The notes: a model not told the origin generated them from the sequence alone. A DNA stretch of 64,000 bases from Bdellovibrionota bacterium (GCA_964202055.1 CAXNGS010000001.1:32186-96185); one strand, 5' to 3'. Shown: positions 17,489-27,011, counted from the stretch's first letter. Program-made: numbers and translations.

Positions 17489-18352
17489 TTATTTGTGGCC
17501 AGGTAATTTTTTGGGTTCGTTCAGGTTCGGTTTTTGAGACGAATCTTTGTCGACTCCACTTTCAAATAATTGAAGACCAGAAAGACACTCCGCTCGGCGT
17601 TTCTCAAGAAGCTCGATTTTAAAGATTTCATCAGACGCCAGGGCCCTTTCGACGGCTGACGGCACCATGTTGTTAAATTTTAAAACGTGGTAATCACTTT
17701 CCGCGTGTCTTTCTAGCGACAAATATGGATGCTGGTAAACATGAACGATTGAATCTCCTGCAGCCATATTCAAAAAGGAAACTCTTTGAAATCGCGGGGG
17801 GGATTCTTCATTTAGGTCTTTTTTGATCGCCAGTGCTTCTTTTCGATCGTAGGGCATGACTCCAGAATCTTTAATGAAAACTCTGCCGATGCTGCCGAGG
17901 GTGAAGGCGTCTTCGGCGAGGCTAATGCTAACGTTGCTTTTGGGGCCAATAATGCGCTCGGCGATGCTCAGCAATTGCGCTCCTTCTTTATCCAATAATG
18001 AAATCGCAAGGGGCGCAGTCGTGCTGGAGCTAATCATTTTTCTTTCTTTTGAGAGATTCTGCCATCGTTGAAAGGATTGTAGAAACTCGGGATTTTTGCT
18101 TAGTGAGTTGAAGGCTTCAGTTAATTCCTTATTTCCCTGAGCGATTTCAATCGCGGAAAATTCTTTGAACTCTTTGAGTTTTTTTGCTTTTTGGATTTCA
18201 GCGGCGCCTAATTCTTTGATCGTTTGATTTAGATCGGCGCGACAAGCTTGGGCCAGCGCAGGATAGGCTGGGGCGGATGATTTTGCTGGTTGTCCCATAC
18301 TAATGGTTGGTGCGATTAAAAGTAAGGCGGCCGTAATGAATGAATGCTTCAT
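17489..18352 (-). CDS. secreted hypothetical protein
   Basis: The internal ATG at 18352 gives the signal peptide MKHSFITAALLLIAPTISMG. It also removes the overlap with the upstream gene, whose stop is at 18357. No recognisable domain. Confidence 0.5.
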   Translation of the reverse strand: MKHSFITAALLLIAPTISMGQPAKSSAPAYPALAQACRADLNQTIKELGAAEIQKAKKLKEFKEFSAIEIAQGNKELTEAFNSLSKNPEFLQSFQRWQNLSKERKMISSSTTAPLAISLLDKEGAQLLSIAERIIGPKSNVSISLAEDAFTLGSIGRVFIKDSGVMPYDRKEALAIKKDLNEESPPRFQRVSFLNMAAGDSIVHVYQHPYLSLERHAESDYHVLKFNNMVPSAVERALASDEIFKIELLEKRRAECLSGLQLFESGVDKDSSQKPNLNEPKKLPGHK

Positions 18353-18356
18353 AAAA

Positions 18357-19385
18357 TTATCCTGCTTTTTTAAGTTTATTGAGAGTTTCCGCGGAATCTT
18401 TTTTAGCGGGGTCGAGAAACATTTTGATAAAAATTTCAAAATAATGAGGATCGAATTTTTTCGAAATGCTTTCGCGCATCAGGCCCAGGGCGGCCAAGCT
18501 ATTGCGCGGAGGCGAGTAACTGCGTTTGGTGGTCAGTGCCGAGAAAGCGTCGGCGATCGATGAAACTAAAACTGCGGGCTCAAGCGTCGAAGCCACGACC
18601 CCTTTGGGATAGCCACGGCCAAGTAAGTCTTCGTGGTGGGCTTCGGCAACGAGCGGAATGATTGGATCCAAATTTTTGTGCTTGATCAAAATCTCGTAGC
18701 CAAAGCTCGGGTGCTTTTTCATTTGCTCCCATTCGTTGGGCGAGAGCGGACCTTCTTTGTTAATGATCGCAGGATCAACCATGCATTTGCCGATGTCGTG
18801 GAGCAATCCGGCCAATGCGATGTTGGAAATTTCTTCTTTAGTCCAACGACCAACCGCCATCGCAAGCGCGGCACAATAGGCGGAGACTCCGACTGAATGG
18901 GCATAGGTGTATTGATCGTGATTAGAAAGTTCAACCAAATGGATGAAGGCGTGCTTTTGTTGCGAAATGAATTTCACGGTTTCTTCGGAGAGGTCTTTGG
19001 CGGCGACCATAGCAGTGGCCGACGAAGGGTCTTTGATCAGGCGATCGACAATTTCAACCGCGTAATCATTTAGCACCGATGCTTTTTCGCGCACCGAATA
19101 GCTGCTTGAGCCGACAATGCTGCTGATGTTTGATTCCAAACTTTTGTAATATTTTTCGCGGTCCAATCGACCGATGTAGAGATAGGGAAATTTTCCTAAA
19201 AAGCGTCCGACCAGGGCCGGAGTCAGTGCCATATTTCGAGGTTTCACCAAGAAAAAAGCGTTGCCCGCTCGAACGTATAGTTCCAGTTCTTGTGCCAATC
19301 CGGTCATCAGACCTTCAATGGATACGGGGATGTATTCACCCTTTTCGTCGCGGTGATTGGGCATTTGAAAATCGGGTGGAACCAT
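18357..19385 (-). CDS. HD-GYP domain protein (putative c-di-GMP phosphodiesterase)
   Basis: 'YAHSVGVSAY...LLHDIGK...HPSFGYEIL...HHEDLLGRGYPKG' gives the HD and GYP motifs. The N-terminal ~150 aa are of unknown type. Confidence 0.8.
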   Translation of the reverse strand: MVPPDFQMPNHRDEKGEYIPVSIEGLMTGLAQELELYVRAGNAFFLVKPRNMALTPALVGRFLGKFPYLYIGRLDREKYYKSLESNISSIVGSSSYSVREKASVLNDYAVEIVDRLIKDPSSATAMVAAKDLSEETVKFISQQKHAFIHLVELSNHDQYTYAHSVGVSAYCAALAMAVGRWTKEEISNIALAGLLHDIGKCMVDPAIINKEGPLSPNEWEQMKKHPSFGYEILIKHKNLDPIIPLVAEAHHEDLLGRGYPKGVVASTLEPAVLVSSIADAFSALTTKRSYSPPRNSLAALGLMRESISKKFDPHYFEIFIKMFLDPAKKDSAETLNKLKKAG

Positions 19386-19514
19386 AAAGGACTTATCGTC
19401 GTAAATGACCGGATTCTTGAGAGGCTTTGGGCCTCGCCCAATGACGCGCGTGGTCCAATTCTAAATAGCAGCCTTTTCTAAATATTTTCCAGAAAGAGGT
19501 CGATAGGAATCAAG

Positions 19515-20276
19515 ATGAAAGCCCGTGTCTTAGCGTTCTTTAGCAATTTGAAAAAAACTTGGGCCGAGTTTCAAGAAGCTTGGGCTTGTCCGCGGCGCGG
19601 ATTGGCACTGCGTTTTGTATTCGTGATCATGTTTTTTGCGGTGGGCGCTGTAAGTTTTGTAGGCCTACGCTTGATCCGAAACACTCAGACCCGATTGGCT
19701 AAACTTGAGGGTAATCATGGTTCTCATGGTGCTCACAAAAGCGAGCACGCTTCGGCGGAGTCTGGTGACGGTGAAGAACACGCATCTGCTGGTGGTGAGC
19801 ATGGTGACAAGAGCGGTGGGGCTTCTCCTGGAATTTTTGTGGCCCCCATTCCCCAGAGCATTGAAGACCGTACAGACGGAGTTCAAGAGGCTGATAAAGA
19901 TTTAGTCGAGCCCGATGAAGCTGCACGAGGCTTGGCGAATTTGAGTCCTACAGAAGCCAAGGTCACTCCCTACAACCCTTTCTTTAAAATTTCAGGAATC
20001 GTGACCACCACTGCCGATGAGGGCACTCAGTTGGCGAGAGTGGCTGCAGTCGTGACTTTGGAAGTTGATAGTTCGGAAGCGATGCTCGAACTTGAGAAAA
20101 AACAGGGCGAGCTTAAATACATGATTGCTTCATTGATTTCTGAGCAATCGAGCGTCACTTTACGAACCCCCGCGGGCAAGGACAAATTGAAGACCGATGT
20201 CTTTAAACAAATTAATTATCAGTTGCAGAACGGCAAAATTAAAGACGTTTTGATTGAAGATCTGATCATTCAATAG
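19515..20276 (+). CDS. FliL-like membrane protein with His/Gly/Glu-rich linker
   Basis: It has an N-terminal TM helix and the C-terminal segment 'VVTLEVDSSEAMLELEKKQGELKYMIASLISEQS...GKDKLKTDVFKQINYQLQNGKIKDVLIEDLIIQ'. That segment matches the FliL C-terminal pattern by eye. Confidence 0.4.
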   Translation: MKARVLAFFSNLKKTWAEFQEAWACPRRGLALRFVFVIMFFAVGAVSFVGLRLIRNTQTRLAKLEGNHGSHGAHKSEHASAESGDGEEHASAGGEHGDKSGGASPGIFVAPIPQSIEDRTDGVQEADKDLVEPDEAARGLANLSPTEAKVTPYNPFFKISGIVTTTADEGTQLARVAAVVTLEVDSSEAMLELEKKQGELKYMIASLISEQSSVTLRTPAGKDKLKTDVFKQINYQLQNGKIKDVLIEDLIIQ

Positions 20277-20370
20277 TGCGTTTGAATTGTTTAAGAGACG
20301 AAAAATATTAAGTATTTTCAAATAATCTAAAGTTAGACACTGTGCGTTATGTCTGCTAAAAGCACCTTCC

Positions 20371-20994
20371 ATGGAATCGATGCTTTCAAAATTACTTTTG
20401 GGAATGGGACTCTTCTGTTCGGGCACAGCCTTGGCCGGTGCTGGAGGCCCTTTAGCCGCGGCTAAGGATTTAGATTGGGTTCAAAATTTAGCGATTCCAG
20501 AAACGCTTCCCGAAGGAAATCGTCGTTACATCGCGCACAATTTTGAAGAAGCGGCTTATTATTTCCGCGGTGAAAAGCTCGATTTCATCATTAACTTAAA
20601 TTATTCAGCTCAACTGCAAGCTGTTTTCGATGGTGAAAAACTGCAAGCATTGAGTTGGCCTGCGAATTCGAGCTCGCTCGGATTAAGCTTCAACACCGAT
20701 CATGAACGTGATCCTGCCACCCGAGAGAAATTGGTGGCCTTGTTTTTACTTTGGTACGTTGACCAGACGGTTCCAGCTTATCTCCATGGGAAAAAAGCCC
20801 AAGAAAGTTTGGAAATTAAAGTACGCCGCGAGAAAATGCTACAATCCTATGGGGAATACCGAAATTTTGTACAAAAAAAATTAAGTCCGATGTTTCTGCA
20901 GCTTGCTCAAAACAACGGCGAAGATTCCTTGCTCAAACAAGAAATTGCCAAGGCTTGGCGCGATTATTTATTAAAAGCAGCCGCTCGGCTTTAA
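20371..20994 (+). CDS. secreted hypothetical protein
   Basis: Signal peptide 'LLLGMGLFCSGTALAGA'. No recognisable domain. Confidence 0.45.
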   Translation: MESMLSKLLLGMGLFCSGTALAGAGGPLAAAKDLDWVQNLAIPETLPEGNRRYIAHNFEEAAYYFRGEKLDFIINLNYSAQLQAVFDGEKLQALSWPANSSSLGLSFNTDHERDPATREKLVALFLLWYVDQTVPAYLHGKKAQESLEIKVRREKMLQSYGEYRNFVQKKLSPMFLQLAQNNGEDSLLKQEIAKAWRDYLLKAAARL

Positions 20995-21032
20995 ATTTTG
21001 AATTGTCTCAAATTTAATTGAATAAACTTAAA

Positions 21033-21524
21033 TCATTGAATTGGATTTTTAGGATCCAAAGGCTTGTAGGTTTTTACGGTCATGTTTTTTTCGGCAAAAC
21101 GAACTTCTGGAAAATTTTGAAGAGTCTCGATAATGGAGTCGAGAGAGCTGGCGGAGGGGACCTCCACCAAATAAAGCTCGGTGGAGCCGACTTTTGTTTT
21201 TTCTTTAATTCCCAGTTTAGCAAAAATTTCTCGGCGCTTTGAGGCTTTGGTCTCGGGTTTTAAGGAAACCAAAAGTTGTCCTGCAACGTGGTCCGGATTA
21301 CTGGCCGGCTGATTTGTAGAGCTATGTTTTGGGGTGCTTTGGCTCGGGGACAGGGGGAGCTCTTGTTGACTGGGCGCTGGAGTTGTCGACTTGGCTTTAC
21401 GATTTCCAAGGGCCTCTGCAAGCTGGGGAGCCACGAGTAGGGTAGCCAATGAGAGAAGTAGGAGGCTACCTGATGAAAACAAAAACATTGACGTTAAAGT
21501 CGCAGAAAAGTTTTTTCGAGTCAT
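21033..21524 (-). CDS. secreted stand-alone subtilase-propeptide-like (inhibitor I9-like) protein
   Basis: It has a signal peptide, a P/S/Q-rich linker and then 'GQLLVSLKPETKASKRREIFAKLGIKEKTKVGSTELYLVEVPSASSLDSIIETLQNFPEVRFAEKNMTVKTY'. That segment has the typical layout of bacterial S8 N-terminal propeptides. The ORF stops right after it. Confidence 0.5.
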   Translation of the reverse strand: MTRKNFSATLTSMFLFSSGSLLLLSLATLLVAPQLAEALGNRKAKSTTPAPSQQELPLSPSQSTPKHSSTNQPASNPDHVAGQLLVSLKPETKASKRREIFAKLGIKEKTKVGSTELYLVEVPSASSLDSIIETLQNFPEVRFAEKNMTVKTYKPLDPKNPIQ

Positions 21525-21664
21525 GAATCTATTTTATCGGTACCAAGGCTTTTGATCAAGATGGATGATTTTCGCTCGGGACACTGAGGCATTAATCAGC
21601 CCTGATTCAACAGGGTCAAAGCCTTGGTGTTGACCTGCCGTAGCCTGAGTGAGAAAACATAGGG

Positions 21665-23083
21665 GTGCTAGAATCTTTTGGAAAATACATTGATGATGCC
21701 TGGGATTCGTTAGCGTCGGTTAAGCTCACGATTGTAATTTTTGCGATGCTGTTGTTGCTTTCCATTCCGGGAACGGTGGTGATGCAATACAACATCTCGA
21801 CCATCGATCCAGGAATCCAATACAATTTTGATTTTTGGAATTTTGGAGACAAACTTCAATTGTTTACTGCCTATCATTCGTTTTGGTATGTGGGTCTGAT
21901 TGTTTTGTTAAGTTTAAATTTAATTGCCTGCAGCGTGAATCGCTGGCCCCAAATGTGGAAATATGCCAACGCTAAAGCGGTTTTCTGGTCGCCGGAAATA
22001 TTTGCCCGACAAGACGAAAAACTTTTTCACCAATGGAATAGCAAGCTCAGTGGCGAAGATTTTCGGAAAAAAGCCGATGCTTATTTTAAATCAAAAAGAA
22101 TTCGTTCGATTGTTTTAAAAGACGAGCCCCGAGATTTTCAACTGTTTTGGCAGGCCGGTCGATGGAGTCGAATCGCTAATTACGTGGTTCACACTTCGTT
22201 GCTGATTGTTTTCAGCGGCGCGATCATTTCTTCGCTCTGGGGTTTTGAGGGCGCGACCAACATTCCTGAGGGTGAAAGCATTTCCACTTTCACCGTTTTC
22301 AAAGAAGGAAAGCACAGCGGATTGCGCAAAGTAACCGGTGGGGCGATTACCGAGCGGCAATTAGGTCATAAGCTTTGGGCTCGAAATTTCAACGTCGATT
22401 TTTATAAGAATTTTCCGGGCCGGCCAAAATCCTTTGAGTCGGATTTGGAAGTGGTTGATCGCGATGGAAAATCTTTGCAGCGTAAAAAGATCGTGGTTAA
22501 TGACCCTCTGAATTTTTTAGATTCTGGAGTTTACATTTATCAGGCCAGTTACGGCCGATTGGGCGATTTTCAAATTGATCTGCGAATTTTGGACAAAAAG
22601 AATCCGTCCGCGGGACGCGAATATTTTTCTACAAATTTGGAAAGCCCTTTCACTAGTCAACAGTGGGGTGTTGAATTGATCGCCCTACGAGCCACTCCTG
22701 ATATTCAGAATCTGGGACCCGGAGTTCAGTTCCAAGAAGTGAAGGCTGATCAATTGATTGGCAAGCCCTTCTGGGTTTTGCAAAATTATCCCCAGCACGA
22801 TTTCTTGGACCGGAAATCTCCCTACACAATTTTTCTCGATAACGTAGACGAGAAATTCTACACCGGCTTGCAGATTGGCTACGACCCTGGAGCACCGATC
22901 TACTGGTTTGGAGCTTTTGGCATGATCGTTGGTACGATGTGGGCTTTGTTCATCACCCATCGCAAGTATCACCTCTATTACGAGCGGGGTGTGGTTTATT
23001 TTGCGGGAGCGAATCATCGCATTCCGATTGGATTTGAAAAGACTGTAAAGAATATGGCCGAAGAGATGAAGGCTTGGGGGTAA
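21665..23083 (+). CDS. ccsB: cytochrome c biogenesis protein ResB/Ccs1 (System II)
   Basis: 'LASVKLTIVIFAMLLLLSIPGTVVMQ' N-terminus, a large periplasmic domain and a C-terminal TM. It lies immediately upstream of ccsA. Confidence 0.8.
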   Translation: MLESFGKYIDDAWDSLASVKLTIVIFAMLLLLSIPGTVVMQYNISTIDPGIQYNFDFWNFGDKLQLFTAYHSFWYVGLIVLLSLNLIACSVNRWPQMWKYANAKAVFWSPEIFARQDEKLFHQWNSKLSGEDFRKKADAYFKSKRIRSIVLKDEPRDFQLFWQAGRWSRIANYVVHTSLLIVFSGAIISSLWGFEGATNIPEGESISTFTVFKEGKHSGLRKVTGGAITERQLGHKLWARNFNVDFYKNFPGRPKSFESDLEVVDRDGKSLQRKKIVVNDPLNFLDSGVYIYQASYGRLGDFQIDLRILDKKNPSAGREYFSTNLESPFTSQQWGVELIALRATPDIQNLGPGVQFQEVKADQLIGKPFWVLQNYPQHDFLDRKSPYTIFLDNVDEKFYTGLQIGYDPGAPIYWFGAFGMIVGTMWALFITHRKYHLYYERGVVYFAGANHRIPIGFEKTVKNMAEEMKAWG

Positions 23084-23084
23084 T

Positions 23085-24467
23085 ATGGATTTGTTTCAAG
23101 TGAGTATTTATTTGCTGAACTCAACTGCAGTTATTTATGGGGCCGCATGTTTGTTTTATTTTTTTTACATTTGGTCAGTGGATAAAGGCCGCGAAAAATT
23201 TCTTGGTGAAGCGTCTAAATGGCTGGTCTATGTGGCCTTCACCGGTCACACACTGGGCTTGGCTATGCGCTGGTATCAGGGCGGCTTTGCTCGACCACCC
23301 TGGACCAATCTTTATGAGTCTTTAATCGCCTTTGCGTGGGGCGCGAGTTTGATTCAAGTTTTTGTGATCAGTCGATGGAAGGTTTCGATTGTTGGCGCGT
23401 TTTCAGTGCCGCTCATTGCGACTTTGATGACTATGGGATTTCTCACTTCCTCTAAAGAAGTCGAACCACTCATTCCGGCTTTGCAGAGCGGTTGGTTGAA
23501 AATTCACGTTTCTTTTGCGATTTTAGCCTATGCGGCATTCACTATGTCGGCTTGCTTGTCGGTTTTGTATTTGGTCCGACGGGGAATTTCATTTTCTAAA
23601 ATTGCCGCAATGATCTGTTGGATTTCAGTTTTCAATATGAGCATTGCCGGTGGTCGAGATGCTTATAAGCAAGGCGGATTTTTCATGGCCCGCACGGTTA
23701 CTCGAGCGATGCCCGACGGCAGTGTGAAAGAATTTAAAGACACGACTCAAGATTACGAAGGTGGTCCTATGGTGACTCGGATGGAAAAAGTCCCGATGGC
23801 CTCGGTGCCCTTTTGGTTAAGCCTTTTTGCTTTTTTGGTGGCGGGCTTTGCTCTTTGGTTCAAACGAAACCGCAATATTAAAATCGACGCTAAATTCGAC
23901 AATGATGAAATTTCTGAAGAGATGGCTTTTCGTCGTGGAGATGATCTGACTCCGGTTGGTAGGGCGGCACTGCGAACATCCGTGGGCGCCTTTATTTTAT
24001 TTCTGGCCACTACGGTTTATGGAATCCACATCAGCGAAGCGATCACTTTGCGATCTAATCCCTATTTGTTGTTTTTGATGATCATGAGTTGTTTTTTCGT
24101 AGGAACTTTTGCGATGATTCATTTTCGCTATCGTTCGTTTTTGGGCAAAATCCCAAGTGCCGCTCGTTTGAATGAATTAAGTTATGTGGGGATTCTTTTT
24201 GGATTTCCCTTTCAAACTCTGCTTTTGATCACTGGGGCGATTTGGGCTTACTTCGCCTGGGGTCGCAGTTGGGGATGGGACCCCAAAGAAACTTGGGCCT
24301 TGATCACCTGGTTGTTGTACTTGATCTATCTGCACGGCAAGTTGTTGATGCGATGGAAGGGCCCGACCCTATCCGTGGTCGCGATCATTGGTTTTGTAAT
24401 TCTTTGCTTTGCATTCTTAGGCGTAAACTTGGTATTGAGTGGCTTGCATAGCTACGGCGCTGCATAG
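23085..24467 (+). CDS. ccsA: cytochrome c biogenesis protein CcsA/ResC
   Basis: Polytopic membrane protein with the Trp-rich heme-handling motif 'WAYFAWGRSWGWDPKETWALITW'. Confidence 0.85.
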   Translation: MDLFQVSIYLLNSTAVIYGAACLFYFFYIWSVDKGREKFLGEASKWLVYVAFTGHTLGLAMRWYQGGFARPPWTNLYESLIAFAWGASLIQVFVISRWKVSIVGAFSVPLIATLMTMGFLTSSKEVEPLIPALQSGWLKIHVSFAILAYAAFTMSACLSVLYLVRRGISFSKIAAMICWISVFNMSIAGGRDAYKQGGFFMARTVTRAMPDGSVKEFKDTTQDYEGGPMVTRMEKVPMASVPFWLSLFAFLVAGFALWFKRNRNIKIDAKFDNDEISEEMAFRRGDDLTPVGRAALRTSVGAFILFLATTVYGIHISEAITLRSNPYLLFLMIMSCFFVGTFAMIHFRYRSFLGKIPSAARLNELSYVGILFGFPFQTLLLITGAIWAYFAWGRSWGWDPKETWALITWLLYLIYLHGKLLMRWKGPTLSVVAIIGFVILCFAFLGVNLVLSGLHSYGAA

Positions 24468-24515
24468 TTTGGAGGCTTTCTGGGTTTAGGCACACAGTGT
24501 GAGGTTTCTTTTACC

Positions 24516-25097
24516 GTGCTTTCGGGTCAGCCGATTCCGAAGTCGACCTATCCGCGCTGGGCAGTGGTGGGACGGTCTAACGTCGGTAAAAGTTCGCTAT
24601 TAAATGCGATGGTTCACCCCCAAGAATTGTTTCGAACTGGCCAACGCGCAGGCGTGACTATTGGAGCCATCGGAGTTCGAGTCAAAGTTCACAGCCATAA
24701 AAATGCGATTTTAGAATTGGTCGATTTGCCTGGCTACGGTTACGCCGAACGATCCAAGCATTTGACCGAAAGTTGGAATCAATTGGCTTCGGAATTTCGT
24801 GATCAAACCGACGCGCGCTATTTGACTTGGATATGGTTGGTTGATTCTCGTCGTAAGCCGGATGAAACCGATATGGAAGTTTTGAATTGGGTTGGTCGTC
24901 ACAGCATGATTTTGGTTTTTACAAAATCCGATAAAATTAAAACGGGCGATCGCCCTGCTTTGGAAGACAATTGGAAATCCGTTTTAATTCATTCTATGGA
25001 AAAGCCGATTTGGGCCAGCGCCCAAAATGGCGAAGGACTCAATCACTTGCAGCGCTTTGCTCGGGCATCGGTTAAGGATTACTGCGACCATGCTTAA
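24516..25097 (+). CDS. engB: ribosome biogenesis GTP-binding protein YihA/EngB
   Basis: G1 'GRSNVGKSSLLNAM', 'DLPGYGYA', 'TKSDK'. Confidence 0.85.
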   Translation: MLSGQPIPKSTYPRWAVVGRSNVGKSSLLNAMVHPQELFRTGQRAGVTIGAIGVRVKVHSHKNAILELVDLPGYGYAERSKHLTESWNQLASEFRDQTDARYLTWIWLVDSRRKPDETDMEVLNWVGRHSMILVFTKSDKIKTGDRPALEDNWKSVLIHSMEKPIWASAQNGEGLNHLQRFARASVKDYCDHA

Positions 25098-25653
25098 GCC
25101 TCTAAAAGTGGCAGCTTTAGCAATAACGTTGCTAGGCTCATTTTTCGCGGTGACTTCTCTTGCTGAAGAACTCAAACTTAAAGTTTTATTAAAGGTCGCG
25201 GATTTTCCGATCGTGGATTCGGATCGAGACTTGGAATATTTCTTGCGCAATCCCAGTCGTTTCAAAAATTCTGCAAAAACCGGAGCCAGCGGAGCTCAAT
25301 TAGAAGAAGTGCTTAACCGATTGGTTGTCGAGACCATGATCTTTGAAGAAAACAAAGTAGTGGGAAATGTTGAATTAGGCGCCGCCGATGGATTGGCTCT
25401 GCTGAAAAATATCAAAGCGTCCTTTGGTTCTCAGTGGCGCGAATTTTTGTTGGTTTTTGATCAAGACGAAAACTCAATTAAAGAGCGTTTGCTTAAACGT
25501 GCGCTGGTCGACAAAGTCATTCAAAAGAAAATTGAAGCGGTTTTGAAATTATCTAATTCAAGCAAAGAAAATTCTGAAGCCGTTGCTCAAAAGACGGTCG
25601 AAGATTGGTTGAAGCAGTTGCGTGGGCGTTATCGAGTTCAGGTCTTTGAATGA
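25090..25653 (+). CDS. secreted hypothetical protein
   Basis: The ATG at 25090 gives the signal peptide MLKPLKVAALAITLLGSFFAVTSLA and overlaps the engB stop. The track start at 25027 is less likely. Confidence 0.5.
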   Translation: MLKPLKVAALAITLLGSFFAVTSLAEELKLKVLLKVADFPIVDSDRDLEYFLRNPSRFKNSAKTGASGAQLEEVLNRLVVETMIFEENKVVGNVELGAADGLALLKNIKASFGSQWREFLLVFDQDENSIKERLLKRALVDKVIQKKIEAVLKLSNSSKENSEAVAQKTVEDWLKQLRGRYRVQVFE

Positions 25654-26066
25654 ACCTGGCGACCCAGCTTTTAGAAATCGAAGGCCTGGGGGCCCGTTGG
25701 TCTTTAGGGGATTACGAATCCGAGCTTAATAACCCCGATTCTCGATCTTATTTTTATCGCGGAGATCAGGGAGAACTGCGGGGTTTTGTATTGTTTCGCG
25801 AATTTCCCGACGGATTAGAAATCATGAACTTGGCGGTCAGGTTCAAAGGCCAAGGCTGGGGACGCCATTTGTTTATGGGCTATTTAGAATCACTAAAGAA
25901 TAATGATTTAGTGATTAAACCCTTGGAACTTCGATTGGAGGTCGATGCGGAAAACGCAGCGGCCATTGCGCTCTATAAAAAGAGTGGCTTTGAAGAGGTT
26001 TTTCGCCGCCCCAAATATTATAAGAATGGCTCGGACGCGCTTCTTATGAAGCTGATCATCAAATGA
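25650..26066 (+). CDS. GNAT N-acetyltransferase (RimI-like)
   Basis: 'GQGWGRHLF' and 'LEVDAENAAAIALYKKSGFE' acetyl-CoA binding core. 138 aa, with an ATGA overlap with the upstream gene. Confidence 0.7.
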   Translation: MNLATQLLEIEGLGARWSLGDYESELNNPDSRSYFYRGDQGELRGFVLFREFPDGLEIMNLAVRFKGQGWGRHLFMGYLESLKNNDLVIKPLELRLEVDAENAAAIALYKKSGFEEVFRRPKYYKNGSDALLMKLIIK

Positions 26067-26218
26067 ATCGTTATGAGTTGTTTGTTAAGTCGGGGGCCCT
26101 CAAAAAAATCTGTAGCATCGATTGGCTCTTGCATCACAAAAATCGATACATGTTACTCCATTTATCGATTTTTGATTAATTGAAAAGCCCAGTAGATTGA
26201 TCAGAGAAAAGAGGTTTT

Positions 26219-26542
26219 ATGAAGTGCCCATCATGTAAAGAAGCTGTGTTGTCGATGTCAGAGCGAAATGGCATCGAAATTGATTTTTGTCCCGAATGTC
26301 GCGGAGTCTGGCTCGATCGAGGTGAGTTAGACAAGATCATTGCTAAAGCCGTGGCTGAACAAGAAAGTCAGATTAAATCAGAATTGAGATCTGCCGGAAC
26401 AAATTCAAGTCAAGAGACCGCTTATCAACCTTCTTACCAACCTTCTTACCAAAATACTGATCTTCGGCAGGGTGAACAGTTTCGCAAGAATCCTTATGGG
26501 TACAAACGAAAAAAATCTTTTCTCGAAGATCTCTTTGATTAG
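26219..26542 (+). CDS. TFIIB-type zinc-ribbon protein
   Basis: 'MKCPSCKEAV...IEIDFCPECRGVWLDRGELDKII', followed by a low-complexity tail containing the YQPS repeats. Confidence 0.65.
   Translation: MKCPSCKEAVLSMSERNGIEIDFCPECRGVWLDRGELDKIIAKAVAEQESQIKSELRSAGTNSSQETAYQPSYQPSYQNTDLRQGEQFRKNPYGYKRKKSFLEDLFD
26423..26452 (+). repeat. 12-nt in-frame tandem repeat (YQPS x2.5)
   Basis: tatcaaccttct taccaaccttct taccaa. Confidence 0.8.
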
Positions 26543-26548
26543 AGCAAT

Positions 26549-26914
26549 ATGGAAAGCATCACGAAAAAGTCACATGCCCTCATCTTTTTTGGCGCCTACC
26601 TGCTAACTGCAGGTTTAATCGGCTACCTATCAAACCCCTCAAAAGCGTTAACTGCTTTATACTCTGGCGGCCTTTTTGGCCTCCTGAGCATAGGAAGCGG
26701 AATTCTTTTGAAACGAGGAAATCAATGGGCCTTAAAGGTTGGGCTAGTCCTTAATTTATTCCTAATTGCTATATTTTCATGGCGAGCGAGCGTAGGTTGG
26801 ATCGCTGTATCTAACGGAGTTTCAGAGAAGCTTTTTGCCTCCGCACTGATTTCATCAATGTTACTATCAGCCGTTCTTACATTGAAGGTTCTGCTGAAAC
26901 GACGTCCACAATAA
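26549..26914 (+). CDS. small 4-TM membrane protein (TMEM14-like)
   Basis: Four hydrophobic helices. 'AGLIGYLSNPSKALTALYSGGLFG' resembles the TMEM14 signature. Confidence 0.4.
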   Translation: MESITKKSHALIFFGAYLLTAGLIGYLSNPSKALTALYSGGLFGLLSIGSGILLKRGNQWALKVGLVLNLFLIAIFSWRASVGWIAVSNGVSEKLFASALISSMLLSAVLTLKVLLKRRPQ

Positions 26915-27011
26915 CCTCCCCTGTCGGCTCATTTAACTTCGCCGCTTCCAATGAAAAATAGAAAGCTGAATTTTTACAATTTGTGAAAAAGGGGTAGCCT
27001 GAGAAACACTC

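Noticed and set aside
18353-18439. 29-codon N-terminal extension of ORF 17489..18439.
   Set aside because: It overlaps the 3' end of the HD-GYP gene. The internal ATG at 18352 yields a proper signal peptide.
19479-19506. TAAA-N16-GTCGATAG, resembling a sigma28 (FliA) promoter in front of the FliL-like gene.
   Set aside because: The putative -10 overlaps the AGGAA ribosome-binding site and ends 8 nt before the ATG. The spacer is also 1 nt too long.
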